The notes under the pieces are model-generated. The model was not told where the DNA came from and searched no databases. It was given only the letters and a program-made list of their open reading frames with translations. Below, piece by piece: positions 18,821 through 29,211 of a DNA stretch of 64,000 nt. Both the position numbers and the translations under genes were made by a program. Location: positions 52,090 through 116,089 of IMG/VR virus record IMGVR_UViG_3300041407_000207; one strand, given 5' to 3'. Numbering within the stretch: the stretch's first letter is position 1; each line of letters begins with the position of its first letter. The DNA is from a virus. Taxonomy: Duplodnaviria > Heunggongvirae > Uroviricota > Caudoviricetes.

Positions 18821-19515
18821 TGTCTGAAGTACGCAAGTTAGACCAAGAGTTGTTTCATACTTACCAGCAAACGAAATCCCCTCAGGATCTCCACAAGTTG
18901 GTGAACCAACTCATGCCATTGATTCATACCGAAGTCAAAAGAGCATCCGGTACTCTTCCAACTCAGGCACTTACCTCTGAAGCTAAGAAGTGGACCATCC
19001 ATGCTATAAATACGTACGATCCTTCAAAAGGTACTCAGCTTTCTACCCATGTGACCAACTACCTTCAAAAGGTACGTAGGATGAACTACAGGTATCAGAA
19101 CGCTGCACGTCTTTCGGAGAACAACCAACTCATTTTCCACAAATACAACAACGCCCAGCAAGGACTACAAGAACGACTTAGCCGAGAGCCCACTGACGAA
19201 GAACTGGCGGCGGAACTTGGTTGGTCTAAAAAGGGAGTGATAAAGTTCAAAGCAGGTATCTTCCAAGATATCGTGGAGAGCAGTAAAGAGAAAGCTAGCG
19301 AGTATTCTCGATTCGATACTGGCAAACCTCTATTTGAACACATGATGGAGCAGTTGACTCCCGAAGAACATTTGATCATGACTCATACTGGAGAGCTCTC
19401 TTCCGGAGAACTTGCAGATAAGCTCGGGGTTAACGTCAACCGTCTTAACTACTTGAAAGGTAAGATGGTTAAGAAATTAAAAGACATTCAAGATGAAATG
19501 TCGAGGTATCAATAA
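18820..19515 (+). CDS. sigma-70-family RNA polymerase sigma factor, 231 aa
   Basis: Region-2-like segment (WTIHAINTYDPSKGTQLSTHVTNYLQKVRR). C-terminal region-4 helix-turn-helix (LTPEEHLIMTHTGELSSGELADKLGVNVNRLNYLKGKMVKKLK). Confidence 0.6.
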   Translation: MSEVRKLDQELFHTYQQTKSPQDLHKLVNQLMPLIHTEVKRASGTLPTQALTSEAKKWTIHAINTYDPSKGTQLSTHVTNYLQKVRRMNYRYQNAARLSENNQLIFHKYNNAQQGLQERLSREPTDEELAAELGWSKKGVIKFKAGIFQDIVESSKEKASEYSRFDTGKPLFEHMMEQLTPEEHLIMTHTGELSSGELADKLGVNVNRLNYLKGKMVKKLKDIQDEMSRYQ

Positions 19516-19895
19516 TGGCGGATAGCTCCATAGGTCAGGCCCAAGCTTTTTACGGAGCAATGAGCACTTACTTCAATGCCACCCGTGCGTATTACCAAGA
19601 CGCTACGGTGACCCCACCTAATTTTATGGAGCTTCTGCCAAGTCTTTCCTTCACACAACTGATCACTGAATCTCAAAAGGCCGCCAAAGGAAATCCATCT
19701 ATGGTATCCGGGGCGTTGATAGAAACCACTAGTTCTATCTTCGCCGTCCTACGGGAAGCTGGGATGAGGGCTAAGATCCGTTCAGATTACTTCGCAGACG
19801 CAGAGGGGTCAGCATCAGAGGATGCTAACTTCTATCAAACCCAAGGCCAGTCGATGATTAGTTTCATCAACGGTCGAAACGACATGCAGAACTAA
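19515..19895 (+). CDS. hypothetical virion protein, 126 aa
   Basis: Coupled ORF. Confidence 0.4.
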   Translation: MADSSIGQAQAFYGAMSTYFNATRAYYQDATVTPPNFMELLPSLSFTQLITESQKAAKGNPSMVSGALIETTSSIFAVLREAGMRAKIRSDYFADAEGSASEDANFYQTQGQSMISFINGRNDMQN

Positions 19896-19896
19896 T

Positions 19897-20406
19897 ATGG
19901 CCGCAGGAAAACTTCTCAGATTAGGTATCTCAAACAACCTGGAAGCCGGAGGCACATATGATATGTTGCTTATGGATTTCTCGGGTGGATTCCCCGTAGG
20001 TGCCGTAGATTTCACGTTGACGAATACCCCGCGTAAGATAACGGGTATTCAAAAAGTAGCTCAGACGTTTCTTCTTACACTGATGACTACCCGTGGCTCA
20101 GATGCCCTGAGGCCAAACAAAGGGACTAAATTTTCTGCATTGGCTATGTACGCAAACCGAGTAGGTACTGCGGCAAACGTAGAAGCAGAGTTGGTCGATG
20201 AGATAACGGATGCAGAGGCTCAGGTAAAATACATACTAAATAGATCTTCCGGCGATCTTACAAGCCAGCTTGACCGAGTTCAGGTTCTGGCGATAGATGT
20301 TGGTGAAGAATCTATTACAATGTTTCTATACCTAATCACTCGTGCAGGTGAACGCGCTCAAGTAGCGATACCGTTCCCGCAATTGGACATGAGACTGGCT
20401 GAATAA
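19897..20406 (+). CDS. hypothetical virion protein, 169 aa
   Basis: Coupled ORF. Confidence 0.4.
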   Translation: MAAGKLLRLGISNNLEAGGTYDMLLMDFSGGFPVGAVDFTLTNTPRKITGIQKVAQTFLLTLMTTRGSDALRPNKGTKFSALAMYANRVGTAANVEAELVDEITDAEAQVKYILNRSSGDLTSQLDRVQVLAIDVGEESITMFLYLITRAGERAQVAIPFPQLDMRLAE

Positions 20407-20436
20407 CACGGCCAGCTCCAATCAGGACTGGTCTAC

Positions 20437-22383
20437 GTGGCTACCGATCTCTATACAGTACTACCTGGTCTTGAAGTATCTCAAGACGAAATCCTTCAAG
20501 CAGAAATGGCTGCTGAAAAAATCCTATCGTCAAGATATCCAGACCTAGATCTTCGTCAGGGTACAGGCCTTAGAGATTTGGTCATCCGTCCTTCGGCAAC
20601 TCTTCTCGCTTTGGTGAACAAAGCAGTCATCTACTATTTTTCTCAGAACACTCTTCCGGGAGTAACTGATAACTCTCCTACAGAAATCGTAGACAAGATT
20701 TTGTCAAACTGGTTTGTAGAGCGTAAAGCTGGGAAAAAATCAGTAATCAGTGCCCGTCTATTTTTTGCAACTAAGAAAAATATAACAGTAGGTACTGAGG
20801 TGTTCTTCTCACCAGATAACATCAAGAAGTTCTATCCAGTAAACACTTACTCTTTTTCACCCGCCGAACTTCAGTACGAAAGTTTTTCCGGTGAGTACTA
20901 TGTCGACATAGATTTGGTAGCAGATAAAGAGGGTAATGACTACGACCTAACTTCTGGTAGCCTTTTGTATTTCTCTAACTTCGATGCTTATTTCCTTCGT
21001 GGAGAGATCAACTACCTGAGAGAAATGGCATCGGTTACTGAAACCAACACTAATTTCATCGCACGTACTAAGACCGCAGTTTCTACTCGCAACCTTATTA
21101 ACGTTCCGTCTATCGACGCACGTCTGCGAGAAGACTTCGATTACATCACTGCCGTTACTACCGTTGGGTACGGTGACGAAGAGATGTATCGAGATCAAGT
21201 CACAGTAATGGCTCCGCCAGCAGTAGATCCGATCCTTATCCATATCGGAGGCAAGACCGACGTCTATACTCGCGTTCCGTTGCAGACTCAAGTCCTTCAG
21301 TACCCAACTGATGCAAATGGTATTGCGGAAGTAGTAGGACCGTACCTTGAACTAGAAAGAAGCACTATATCCGGTGGGGCGGAAGAAGATACCGTGCCCG
21401 TATACAGAAACGTCTCAGTTACTAATATTACTTTTTCTGGGAATATCGCCACAGTCAATGCCACTGCCCATGGATTCACCGTAGGTCAGGCCATCATTAT
21501 CAGCGGGGCAACTCCTACCGTATACAACGGGTCTTTCTCAGTATCTTTAGTAAGCAATCCGAACACCTTCACCTACGTACTTCCAAGCACTCCTGCATCT
21601 GTCCCTACCGGTACTATAATTGCAAAAACGTTGACTGCATTCGAAGTAACGTACCCTAACCGGAAAGTACTAAACGCTTCATTCACAAAGTCTGGAAACG
21701 TAGTTACGGTCACTTCTGCGGATCACGGTGTTATTGCCGGACGTTATGTCCTGCTTACCGGTGCTGCTCAGTCTGGATACAACGGTTGGTTCTTAGTCAA
21801 TACCGTAACTAAAGACACTCTCACCGTTACTAACGCTGCGACCCTATCGTCACCAGCAACGGGTGCCCCACTCCTAACTTTGACTAATTACATGCAGGAT
21901 AATGGACTGTCTCCACTTCAGACTATCCATGCAAATTTCGGAGTAGAGAACGCAAATAAAACCGTTAGCTTTACTACTCTTGGGTTACAGGGACTTGACG
22001 GTATACAGACGTATATGAACCAAGAAACTCGAAAGGTTCTTGCCGGGGACATACTGGCTCGCGGATACAACATCTACTATCTGTCGATGAACATCGTCGG
22101 TTATAACAGCGCCCCTCCAAGCGCAGTGGAGTGTGCCGGAGTTGCAAAAGAATACCTAGATTCATTGGATCCAGGTGCTCCATTTATTATGGCAGATCTA
22201 ATTTCACTGCTTAACAAGGCTGGAGTGATTACTATCAAAACTCCAATCGATGTGAGCTACAGATATTTCCACCGTGATAACATACCTCCAGTAGACGGAG
22301 TTATCTCAGATTTCCTTGATCCTTCTGACCGTACTGCAATCTTCATGCTTGAGTCCCTAACTACGGCGAATGAGTATCTTTAA
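20437..22383 (+). CDS. tail/baseplate-type structural protein, 648 aa
   Basis: GTG start. Long ORF, beta-rich composition. Confidence 0.45.
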   Translation: MATDLYTVLPGLEVSQDEILQAEMAAEKILSSRYPDLDLRQGTGLRDLVIRPSATLLALVNKAVIYYFSQNTLPGVTDNSPTEIVDKILSNWFVERKAGKKSVISARLFFATKKNITVGTEVFFSPDNIKKFYPVNTYSFSPAELQYESFSGEYYVDIDLVADKEGNDYDLTSGSLLYFSNFDAYFLRGEINYLREMASVTETNTNFIARTKTAVSTRNLINVPSIDARLREDFDYITAVTTVGYGDEEMYRDQVTVMAPPAVDPILIHIGGKTDVYTRVPLQTQVLQYPTDANGIAEVVGPYLELERSTISGGAEEDTVPVYRNVSVTNITFSGNIATVNATAHGFTVGQAIIISGATPTVYNGSFSVSLVSNPNTFTYVLPSTPASVPTGTIIAKTLTAFEVTYPNRKVLNASFTKSGNVVTVTSADHGVIAGRYVLLTGAAQSGYNGWFLVNTVTKDTLTVTNAATLSSPATGAPLLTLTNYMQDNGLSPLQTIHANFGVENANKTVSFTTLGLQGLDGIQTYMNQETRKVLAGDILARGYNIYYLSMNIVGYNSAPPSAVECAGVAKEYLDSLDPGAPFIMADLISLLNKAGVITIKTPIDVSYRYFHRDNIPPVDGVISDFLDPSDRTAIFMLESLTTANEYL

Positions 22384-24617
22384 TGCGTTCTGAATTCGAT
22401 GGCTCTACCGGATTTTTTCAATCAGAAGAGGGTTCTACTCGAAATATGACCATGCTGTATGGTCTGTCTGATTTCTGGCACCTCCTATTCGAAGATTCTG
22501 AAAAAATAGATTTGCTCCTAGAAGCAAACGCGATCATAGCCTCAGATGTTTACAGCCGATTTCTTCAACTGACAAGTTCCATTACTCTGGAAGATATCCA
22601 GACGAACATAGGGACTCAGTTGAAGCTCGTCTTGATTTCTAAAAAAGACTTCGTCCAAGGCTCATTGGCTACATACACTCTGCCGGAAGGTCTTCAAGAT
22701 GCCCGGTACTTGGCCAATCGACCATTTCTCGCCACGGTCACATATGAAGACAGTACCAACTATCTGATCGACATTGATGCGAATACTATTCAATTTGCGT
22801 CAGACCCTTTTGATGATAAATTTCCTCGCAGAGTTAACTCGGCTGGTTTCGAAGAAATAGCCCTGTGGGCAATCGACGTCGAAACTGACGAAAAGATGAT
22901 GTACAACCACTACGGAAAGTTGATAGGGGTAGATCCACAAGAATCCACTGAAAAGTATAAGGATTTTCTATACGGACTATTCTATCTCTACGTCCACGGT
23001 CCTGACCTGGCTATGGTTCGCCGAGGGCTCAATGTTGCCTTAGGAGTTCCTTTGGCAAGGGACAACGAAACCGTTCTTTCGATTAGAAAATACCCAGGCT
23101 CAGGTCAGTATTTCGTAATTACAGATTTGAACTCGTACATCCTACCATTCGGTCTTATTCCTACCGTTTCGGAAGGTGACACTCTTACCGTGGGTGACGA
23201 AGTAACTACCTGGGTTGAAGTGAAAGATTACGTCACAGATGGTGACTGGTGGATAAACCTAGAGATTCCGAAATCTCTACTCCCGTACGTTCCAGAGGAT
23301 CAACCGGACTCATACGCTAAGCCCGGCACTTACGCAGATTACTTAATGCGTAACTACCTACGTCATCACACCTTCTTGGTAAAGGTAAACGTCACTACTT
23401 TTAAAAATATCGAATCATTTCAGCAACTCGGCGATATCATTAAGAGAGTCAAGCCTTCGTACACTACTCCGATCTACATTTGGTCGGTACCTATCGAAGA
23501 TGAAATAATTCGACTTATCGAAGAGGAGACTTCTACTCGTAGAGATACCAATCGTTGTGACTTGGTATTTGCCCAGATTGCCCGCATGAGAAGAAACGCT
23601 CAAGATCCGGTGCATCGTGGCTGTCCGAAATGGATTCGCTCCAACCTAGGTCAGCATGAATATTCTGTTCTGGGACTAGACCCCTACACTAACGGGATCA
23701 CCTCCCCAGTTATGGGCGGTAATGCTACAGGATTCATAAACAGGCCCTCTGCACTTAGAGAAAATACTGGTTATGAAAAAGCGTTGATGGCCGCTAAGTT
23801 TCGTAGGGATGATCGTAATGTCCCACATCTTCGGTCCAAAATTGCGTACGCCCGGGATATCCAGTTACCAGATCATACCGGGCAATGCTATAACCCTTGG
23901 CCGGAGTTCATACCGATAAACATGTGGTCGGTACCTCTGTACATAACTACACTTGCCGATCTTCAAACTAGGTTCAGATCTATCACGGTCCCAGTACCAG
24001 AAGGTGGATCCGCGTTTACTCTCATGCAGCCATACTGGACTGACGGGGCAATAAACGATCTTGGAATTAACGAAGGTGTACAAATTTCTCAATATCAATT
24101 AATGATTGAAAAATACACCACGGTATTTACAAAAGGTCCGAAGGGGAACTACGCAGGTAACTTCGTACCTGATAGTGCCTTGGGTACGTATAAACCTCCG
24201 GTAACCGAGATCCGAGAAACGGATTACCTTCTATGCACTCAGATCTACGAACAGACTTATGCAGTCTACTGGATTACTTCGTCGTACTCAGGATCCGCAA
24301 TCAATTACAAATCGGTAGCCCTAATGTCGGATCCCGACACCATTAGAATAGCTCAGGCTAACATGCCTATGACTAGAGGATTGGCCCCGGCTATTAACGC
24401 CCCGATATACATGACCCGAGGCGGGATACTGAACGACGGCGGCACTCCTTCTTCGCATACTATAAACGCAAATGGTATAAACGAAGATCCTTCGGGAGCT
24501 CCAGTTACAGGCCTTACCTACTCCGATCTTGTAAATCTGAATGCTCCAAAGACAAGGGGTTCAGCTAAAATTAGTGTCGATGCCATTCTCGGAGCGGATA
24601 TAAATCCCCCGGCTTAA
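22383..24617 (+). CDS. tail/baseplate-type structural protein, 744 aa
   Basis: Coupled (TAATG) long ORF. Confidence 0.45.
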   Translation: MRSEFDGSTGFFQSEEGSTRNMTMLYGLSDFWHLLFEDSEKIDLLLEANAIIASDVYSRFLQLTSSITLEDIQTNIGTQLKLVLISKKDFVQGSLATYTLPEGLQDARYLANRPFLATVTYEDSTNYLIDIDANTIQFASDPFDDKFPRRVNSAGFEEIALWAIDVETDEKMMYNHYGKLIGVDPQESTEKYKDFLYGLFYLYVHGPDLAMVRRGLNVALGVPLARDNETVLSIRKYPGSGQYFVITDLNSYILPFGLIPTVSEGDTLTVGDEVTTWVEVKDYVTDGDWWINLEIPKSLLPYVPEDQPDSYAKPGTYADYLMRNYLRHHTFLVKVNVTTFKNIESFQQLGDIIKRVKPSYTTPIYIWSVPIEDEIIRLIEEETSTRRDTNRCDLVFAQIARMRRNAQDPVHRGCPKWIRSNLGQHEYSVLGLDPYTNGITSPVMGGNATGFINRPSALRENTGYEKALMAAKFRRDDRNVPHLRSKIAYARDIQLPDHTGQCYNPWPEFIPINMWSVPLYITTLADLQTRFRSITVPVPEGGSAFTLMQPYWTDGAINDLGINEGVQISQYQLMIEKYTTVFTKGPKGNYAGNFVPDSALGTYKPPVTEIRETDYLLCTQIYEQTYAVYWITSSYSGSAINYKSVALMSDPDTIRIAQANMPMTRGLAPAINAPIYMTRGGILNDGGTPSSHTINANGINEDPSGAPVTGLTYSDLVNLNAPKTRGSAKISVDAILGADINPPA

Positions 24618-24636
24618 CAGAGGAATTACGCTCTAA

Positions 24637-25116
24637 ATGAAAATCAGATCAGGTTGGGAAGTTGTTGAAGGAACTCTGGGTGCTTGGAAGGTATTTCCCG
24701 ACGGCACCAAGGAAGAGATCTTTCTTAAAAAAAACCTAATTATCAGGCTTGCAAAGCTCCATTTGCTTTCAGCCCTTTATAACCCGTCTTTTGTCCAGGA
24801 TCGTATTACTACGTTCAAACTGGGGACAGGAGGGGCTATTGACCCAGAAGGTCTTTTTCCAAAACCTGAAAATGCGGAGCAGACTGATCTCATCACTCCT
24901 CAAATTTCAGTACAGACTTCCTACGTAGAATATCCACTAGATGTAAAAGTTACTTATCTAGCGGATTTGGATCAATCTGAAGGAAATGGTTTGAAGATTA
25001 CTGAGGCAGGATTATTCAAAGCGTCCGGTGCTATTTTCAACGTTAAGAACTTCCCAGCTGTTCCTAAAACTTCTGAATTCGGTCTTCACTTCGAATGGTC
25101 AATCAAGGCGGTGTAA
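24637..25116 (+). CDS. hypothetical structural protein, 159 aa
   Basis: ORF with a ribosome-binding site. Confidence 0.4.
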   Translation: MKIRSGWEVVEGTLGAWKVFPDGTKEEIFLKKNLIIRLAKLHLLSALYNPSFVQDRITTFKLGTGGAIDPEGLFPKPENAEQTDLITPQISVQTSYVEYPLDVKVTYLADLDQSEGNGLKITEAGLFKASGAIFNVKNFPAVPKTSEFGLHFEWSIKAV

Positions 25117-25117
25117 T

Positions 25118-25480
25118 TTGACTAACTCAGTCACCATCACCAAAAGATTGACCAATGACGGTTGGAGCATAACCGGTTCTCTAGGGGCTGGAGGTACCAT
25201 ACCGACGGATATCTTCGTCTATGAAAATTCCGGGACCACCACGTTGGGGAGTTGGCATTCGGTAGTAACCATCTCCGATATGACTAAGATACCTAGATGG
25301 ACCGGCGTAGCAATACCAATATCAAAGTCCCCTTGGGTAAGAGCTTCCACTATTAAAATACTGGTAGACACCACCCATAACGTGGACGAAGTAATCCTTA
25401 ATCTAAAAGGGTCTCTTCAAAAATTCGTAAAAGAATTCAACTCCGAAAAAGAGTCTACTAAAACTTATGTCCTCGACTGA
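25118..25480 (+). CDS. hypothetical protein, about 121 aa (TTG start)
   Basis: The table ORF 25028-25480 overlaps the previous gene. An in-frame TTG at 25118 with AAGGCGG upstream is the likely start. Confidence 0.35.
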   Translation: MTNSVTITKRLTNDGWSITGSLGAGGTIPTDIFVYENSGTTTLGSWHSVVTISDMTKIPRWTGVAIPISKSPWVRASTIKILVDTTHNVDEVILNLKGSLQKFVKEFNSEKESTKTYVLD

Positions 25481-26240
25481 TATCCAGCTGTACGGGAACA
25501 ATGCAAAGTCAACCCTGCTACTAGCAATTGGCCCTACGGATACCGTGTTTTCGGTCGTTTCTGGTCAAGGAAGTAGATTTCCGACAATAGCTAGCGCAAA
25601 AGAATTTTTCTTAATTACCTTTGAAAGCGCAGGCCTCATTGAGGTTTGTAAGGTAATTTCTAGAATCGGTGATAGTTTCACCGTAGAGAGATCTCAAGAA
25701 GGCACGATTGCAAACTCTTTCCCCATCGGTGCTCAGGTGCAGATGCGTGTTACGAAAGATACTTTGGCAAGAATGGCTAGACTTACAGACCGTCTCGGGG
25801 ATATTGATACCGTAGACAATCTGCCAGCAGTTTCTACGGCTACCGGTAACTCCTTTCTTTGCACATCAGCTGACGACGGCGGCAACCCTATCATGGCCAC
25901 TAAAGGGGTTGATAGATGGAGATTCCCAACACACAGCGTAGTTGCAGTGGCTACTGTTTCTTCAGGATCAACTACTACCAGCATTACTTCTGCAGGTTTT
26001 AACTCCTTACCAGTAGCTACCGGACGATACATTCTAAATTTTCTGACAGGCCCCTTCGCAGGTCAAAGTCGTCTGATAACTGCAATCGTTGGAACTACGC
26101 TAAGCTGGAGTCTACCAACTTCGTCTGCTCCGGCAAATGGTACTCAGGTAGAACTTTTAGTAAGTAACGCATATCAGATTTCACTCCTTTCTGCATTGAG
26201 TGATGAATCCATAATTAACGCAATCATTTTCGGATCTTAA
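25467..26240 (+). CDS. hypothetical structural protein, 257 aa
   Basis: Coupled ORF. Confidence 0.4.
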   Translation: MSSTDIQLYGNNAKSTLLLAIGPTDTVFSVVSGQGSRFPTIASAKEFFLITFESAGLIEVCKVISRIGDSFTVERSQEGTIANSFPIGAQVQMRVTKDTLARMARLTDRLGDIDTVDNLPAVSTATGNSFLCTSADDGGNPIMATKGVDRWRFPTHSVVAVATVSSGSTTTSITSAGFNSLPVATGRYILNFLTGPFAGQSRLITAIVGTTLSWSLPTSSAPANGTQVELLVSNAYQISLLSALSDESIINAIIFGS

Positions 26241-26243
26241 GAA

Positions 26244-26564
26244 ATGGCCGCATCACTCAAAAAAGCATCTGCTCTAATCGGTAGCACTCGAACTTTAGTA
26301 CTGACCGCCACCACCGGCATTCAGACCATCATCATTGGCGGGACCATTTCTAATATCGATGCTACCGAAGCCTATCACGGTGTTACGGTAGAAGTTCAAG
26401 CGTTGGACTCCAACTACACTGTACTTGTCAAGAACGCCCCTGTAAGCGTCGGTGGGTCTTTGATTCTTCCAAAATTCGTACTAGGCCCTGGGGAGAAAAT
26501 CTACATGACCGCTGACGCAGCTTCTTTTATTCAAGCCTACGTCTCTTACGTGGAGAAAACCTAA
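26244..26564 (+). CDS. hypothetical structural protein, 106 aa
   Basis: Coupled ORF. Confidence 0.4.
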   Translation: MAASLKKASALIGSTRTLVLTATTGIQTIIIGGTISNIDATEAYHGVTVEVQALDSNYTVLVKNAPVSVGGSLILPKFVLGPGEKIYMTADAASFIQAYVSYVEKT

Positions 26565-27587
26565 TTGAGTATCTTCGGTCAAAACCCGGCAGATATCACT
26601 GGTGCAGTCTTTAAGTCTAAAAACTTTTCAGACATTCCAGATAAAGCTGCTGCACGAAATAACCTAAATGTACCGAGTAAAGACGAAGTTCTTTACAACT
26701 CAGTACCCGTAGGTATGATTCTACCGTACTGGGGTTCTGTAGCTCCTGCAGGGTATCTGCCGTGTTCAGGGCAAACAGTTACTTCCGGAACATTTCCGGA
26801 ACTTGTTGCTTTTTTAGGTGGCGGAGCCTCGCAAGTAATTCCGGATCTTCGAGGAGAGTTTCTTCGAGGTTGGGATAACGGTCGTGGAACAGATTTGGGG
26901 CGAGCCATTAAGACTGCTCAAGATGCCCAGACAGAAGATCACAGCCACGTAACTCCCGTGAATGATACGGCGTCTCTCGTAAATATACAAATTGCTAGAG
27001 GTACTGGCAGTTGGCCGTATGGATCATCTTCAGGAATCCTAGTAGGGACTAATACTATTACTTCCGGTGTTTCCTACATCTCTTCTGGAGAAGACAGTTG
27101 GCTTAATACCGGTCCAAACATTAAATTGACAGCCGGAGAGACTCGTCCTCGCAACGTTTCTGTCCTGTATTGCATCAAAGCGTACAGTTCAGTAGCCAAC
27201 TACACTTCTAGCGTTAATATAGCTGGATTGATAAGTGATTATTCCACTCTGAACTCTGCGGCGGTTAAATACGCTGATTTCTTAGGTAGTAATCAGCAAG
27301 TACTTTCTTCAGGATACCAAAAATTGCCAGGAGGCATAATACTTCAGTGGATTCCAGTAGCTATGCCCACTACTGCTTCTGCCAGTACTGCATTTACCTA
27401 TCCAATTGCATTCCCAACAGCGGTTGCTACACTTGCACTGGCCTCTAACCACACCATGAGTACTGCGGGGATTGTTGGTCTCACTATAAATAACCGGAAT
27501 AACTCCGGAGCTAGTTTGATGTGTACTGGATTTACTGGGACAATAGGTGCAGTAGTAGCTACTACCGTAATTGCCATTGGTTATTAA
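26565..27587 (+). CDS. tail fibre protein paralog 1 with phage tail-collar motif, 340 aa
   Basis: TTG start after GGAGAAAA. N-terminus MSIFGQNP..DIPDKAAARNNL. Collar motif LPDLRGEFLRGWDNGRGTDLGRAIKTAQDA. Confidence 0.7.
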   Translation: MSIFGQNPADITGAVFKSKNFSDIPDKAAARNNLNVPSKDEVLYNSVPVGMILPYWGSVAPAGYLPCSGQTVTSGTFPELVAFLGGGASQVIPDLRGEFLRGWDNGRGTDLGRAIKTAQDAQTEDHSHVTPVNDTASLVNIQIARGTGSWPYGSSSGILVGTNTITSGVSYISSGEDSWLNTGPNIKLTAGETRPRNVSVLYCIKAYSSVANYTSSVNIAGLISDYSTLNSAAVKYADFLGSNQQVLSSGYQKLPGGIILQWIPVAMPTTASASTAFTYPIAFPTAVATLALASNHTMSTAGIVGLTINNRNNSGASLMCTGFTGTIGAVVATTVIAIGY

Positions 27588-27602
27588 TTTAAGGAACATA
27601 AG

Positions 27603-28169
27603 ATGACTCTTTTTTACAGCCCGTCTAACGCTGGTTTTTACGATGATGAAATTCACACCACTATTCCTTCTGACGGAGTGGAAATCACTAAATCAGAACA
27701 CACGGCTCTGCTCACCGCCCAGTCGGAAGGTCGAGTTATCTGTGTAGGAGAAGATGGTAAACCCACCACCAAACTTCCAGATAAGCCAGATCTCCCAACC
27801 TACAAACGACAGGCTAAAGATAAAATCGACGGTATCCGGAAAGATACTGAAGAAAAAGGTCTTACCTACGTTTTCCCAGACGAAGTAACCGACGTAATTC
27901 AGCTTAGAAATAACCGAGATCTACTAAACGTCTCATCTATGGTTACTTCAGCTCAGTTGCTCAAAGCTTCTGGATTTACTGGCACAATGAAATTTCAGGC
28001 GGAGAGTAACACTACGCATGAAATGACTGCTGATGAACTAATTACCATGGGTCTAGAAGTTGGGTTTTATATCCAGTCTCTTTACACTAAAGCTTGGCCA
28101 ATCAAGGCCGCTATCGACGCTGCTGCAGATTATGATGAAGTAGATGCCTTAGCGGTATGGCCAGAATAA
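27603..28169 (+). CDS. hypothetical protein, 188 aa (possible fibre assembly/chaperone)
   Basis: Sits between fibre paralogs. Followed by a terminator. Confidence 0.35.
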   Translation: MTLFYSPSNAGFYDDEIHTTIPSDGVEITKSEHTALLTAQSEGRVICVGEDGKPTTKLPDKPDLPTYKRQAKDKIDGIRKDTEEKGLTYVFPDEVTDVIQLRNNRDLLNVSSMVTSAQLLKASGFTGTMKFQAESNTTHEMTADELITMGLEVGFYIQSLYTKAWPIKAAIDAAADYDEVDALAVWPE

Positions 28170-28195
28170 GTCAAGTTAAAATTCAGTAAGACCAA

Positions 28196-28227
28196 TAGGG
28201 GACCCCCAACAAGGTCCCCTTAGTTTT
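28196..28227 (+). terminator. rho-independent terminator
   Basis: GGGGACCCCC-aacaa-GGTCCCCT-tagtttttt. Confidence 0.6.
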
Positions 28228-28242
28228 TTCTACGGAGTCACA

Positions 28243-29202
28243 ATGTCTCAATTCGGTCAACCACCTCTCGCCGCTTTTCTCCCGCTAAGGGCTGGTCAAA
28301 ACCTGTCCGACTTGCCTGATAAACCTGCGGCTCTTGCAAATCTCGGGACGCTGAGTACTTCAGATATCATGATGAACTCCGTCCCAATAGGCACCATCAT
28401 CCCATTCTGGGGTAACACTGCTCCAGTAGGATATTTGCCATGTAACGGACAAACTGTCAACTCTGGTACTTTTCCTGACCTTGTTACTTTTCTAGGTGGT
28501 GGCAGTTCACAGGCGCTTCCGGATCTTCGTGGAGAATTCCTCCGTGGATGGGATAATGGTCGTGGGACGGATTTGGGCAGAGCTATTAAAACTGCTCAAG
28601 CAGATGCCCTTAAAAACCACTTCCACTATTTGCCAACCGAAAGCGGTGCGGGCTCGACTTTTGATCCAGCAGGTATAGTTCCGACTATAGTCCTTAAAGA
28701 TGCCCCCGCAGATTGGGTAACAAGAGTAGCAAGTGACAACAATATTTTCGGAACCCCAGCAGGTACGGTAAGAACGTATAGCCAAAGTGCTGACGTAGAG
28801 ACCCGACCTCGCAACATCTCAGTTCTCTACTGCATGAAAGCCTACGGAGCTTTGGTAAACACCTCTACTGCCAATATAGGCAACGTTCTTACCGAACTCA
28901 GTCAATGTACTAAGTTGACTCAATTTGAAGTTTCTCTTTCAGGAAACGGATACCAAAAATTTCCAAACGGTTTGATTATGCAGTGGGGTACGACTTATAT
29001 AAATGCTACAACTGGCTCCGTAACTTTCCCTATAGTTTTCCCAAGTGCATGTACATCAGTAATGACTAATAAACAAACTACTTCGGATGCCCGTAGAACA
29101 AGTACTAGCGCAGCCACCACTGCCGGATTTTCAATATACGGTTGGTCGGGTGCTTCTGCAGCGAACATAGATACTGCCTACTGGATGGCCATAGGATACT
29201 AA
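28243..29202 (+). CDS. tail fibre protein paralog 2 with tail-collar motif, 319 aa
   Basis: N-terminus MSQFGQPP...DLPDKPAALANLG. LPDLRGEFLRGWDNGRGTDLGRAIKTAQADA identical to paralog 1. Confidence 0.7.
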   Translation: MSQFGQPPLAAFLPLRAGQNLSDLPDKPAALANLGTLSTSDIMMNSVPIGTIIPFWGNTAPVGYLPCNGQTVNSGTFPDLVTFLGGGSSQALPDLRGEFLRGWDNGRGTDLGRAIKTAQADALKNHFHYLPTESGAGSTFDPAGIVPTIVLKDAPADWVTRVASDNNIFGTPAGTVRTYSQSADVETRPRNISVLYCMKAYGALVNTSTANIGNVLTELSQCTKLTQFEVSLSGNGYQKFPNGLIMQWGTTYINATTGSVTFPIVFPSACTSVMTNKQTTSDARRTSTSAATTAGFSIYGWSGASAANIDTAYWMAIGY

Positions 29203-29211
29203 GGAAAAATC

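Noticed and set aside
25028-25117. N-terminal 30 codons of the table ORF 25028-25480
   Set aside because: Overlaps the preceding gene in another frame. An in-frame TTG at 25118 with a ribosome-binding site right after the upstream stop is the more economical start.
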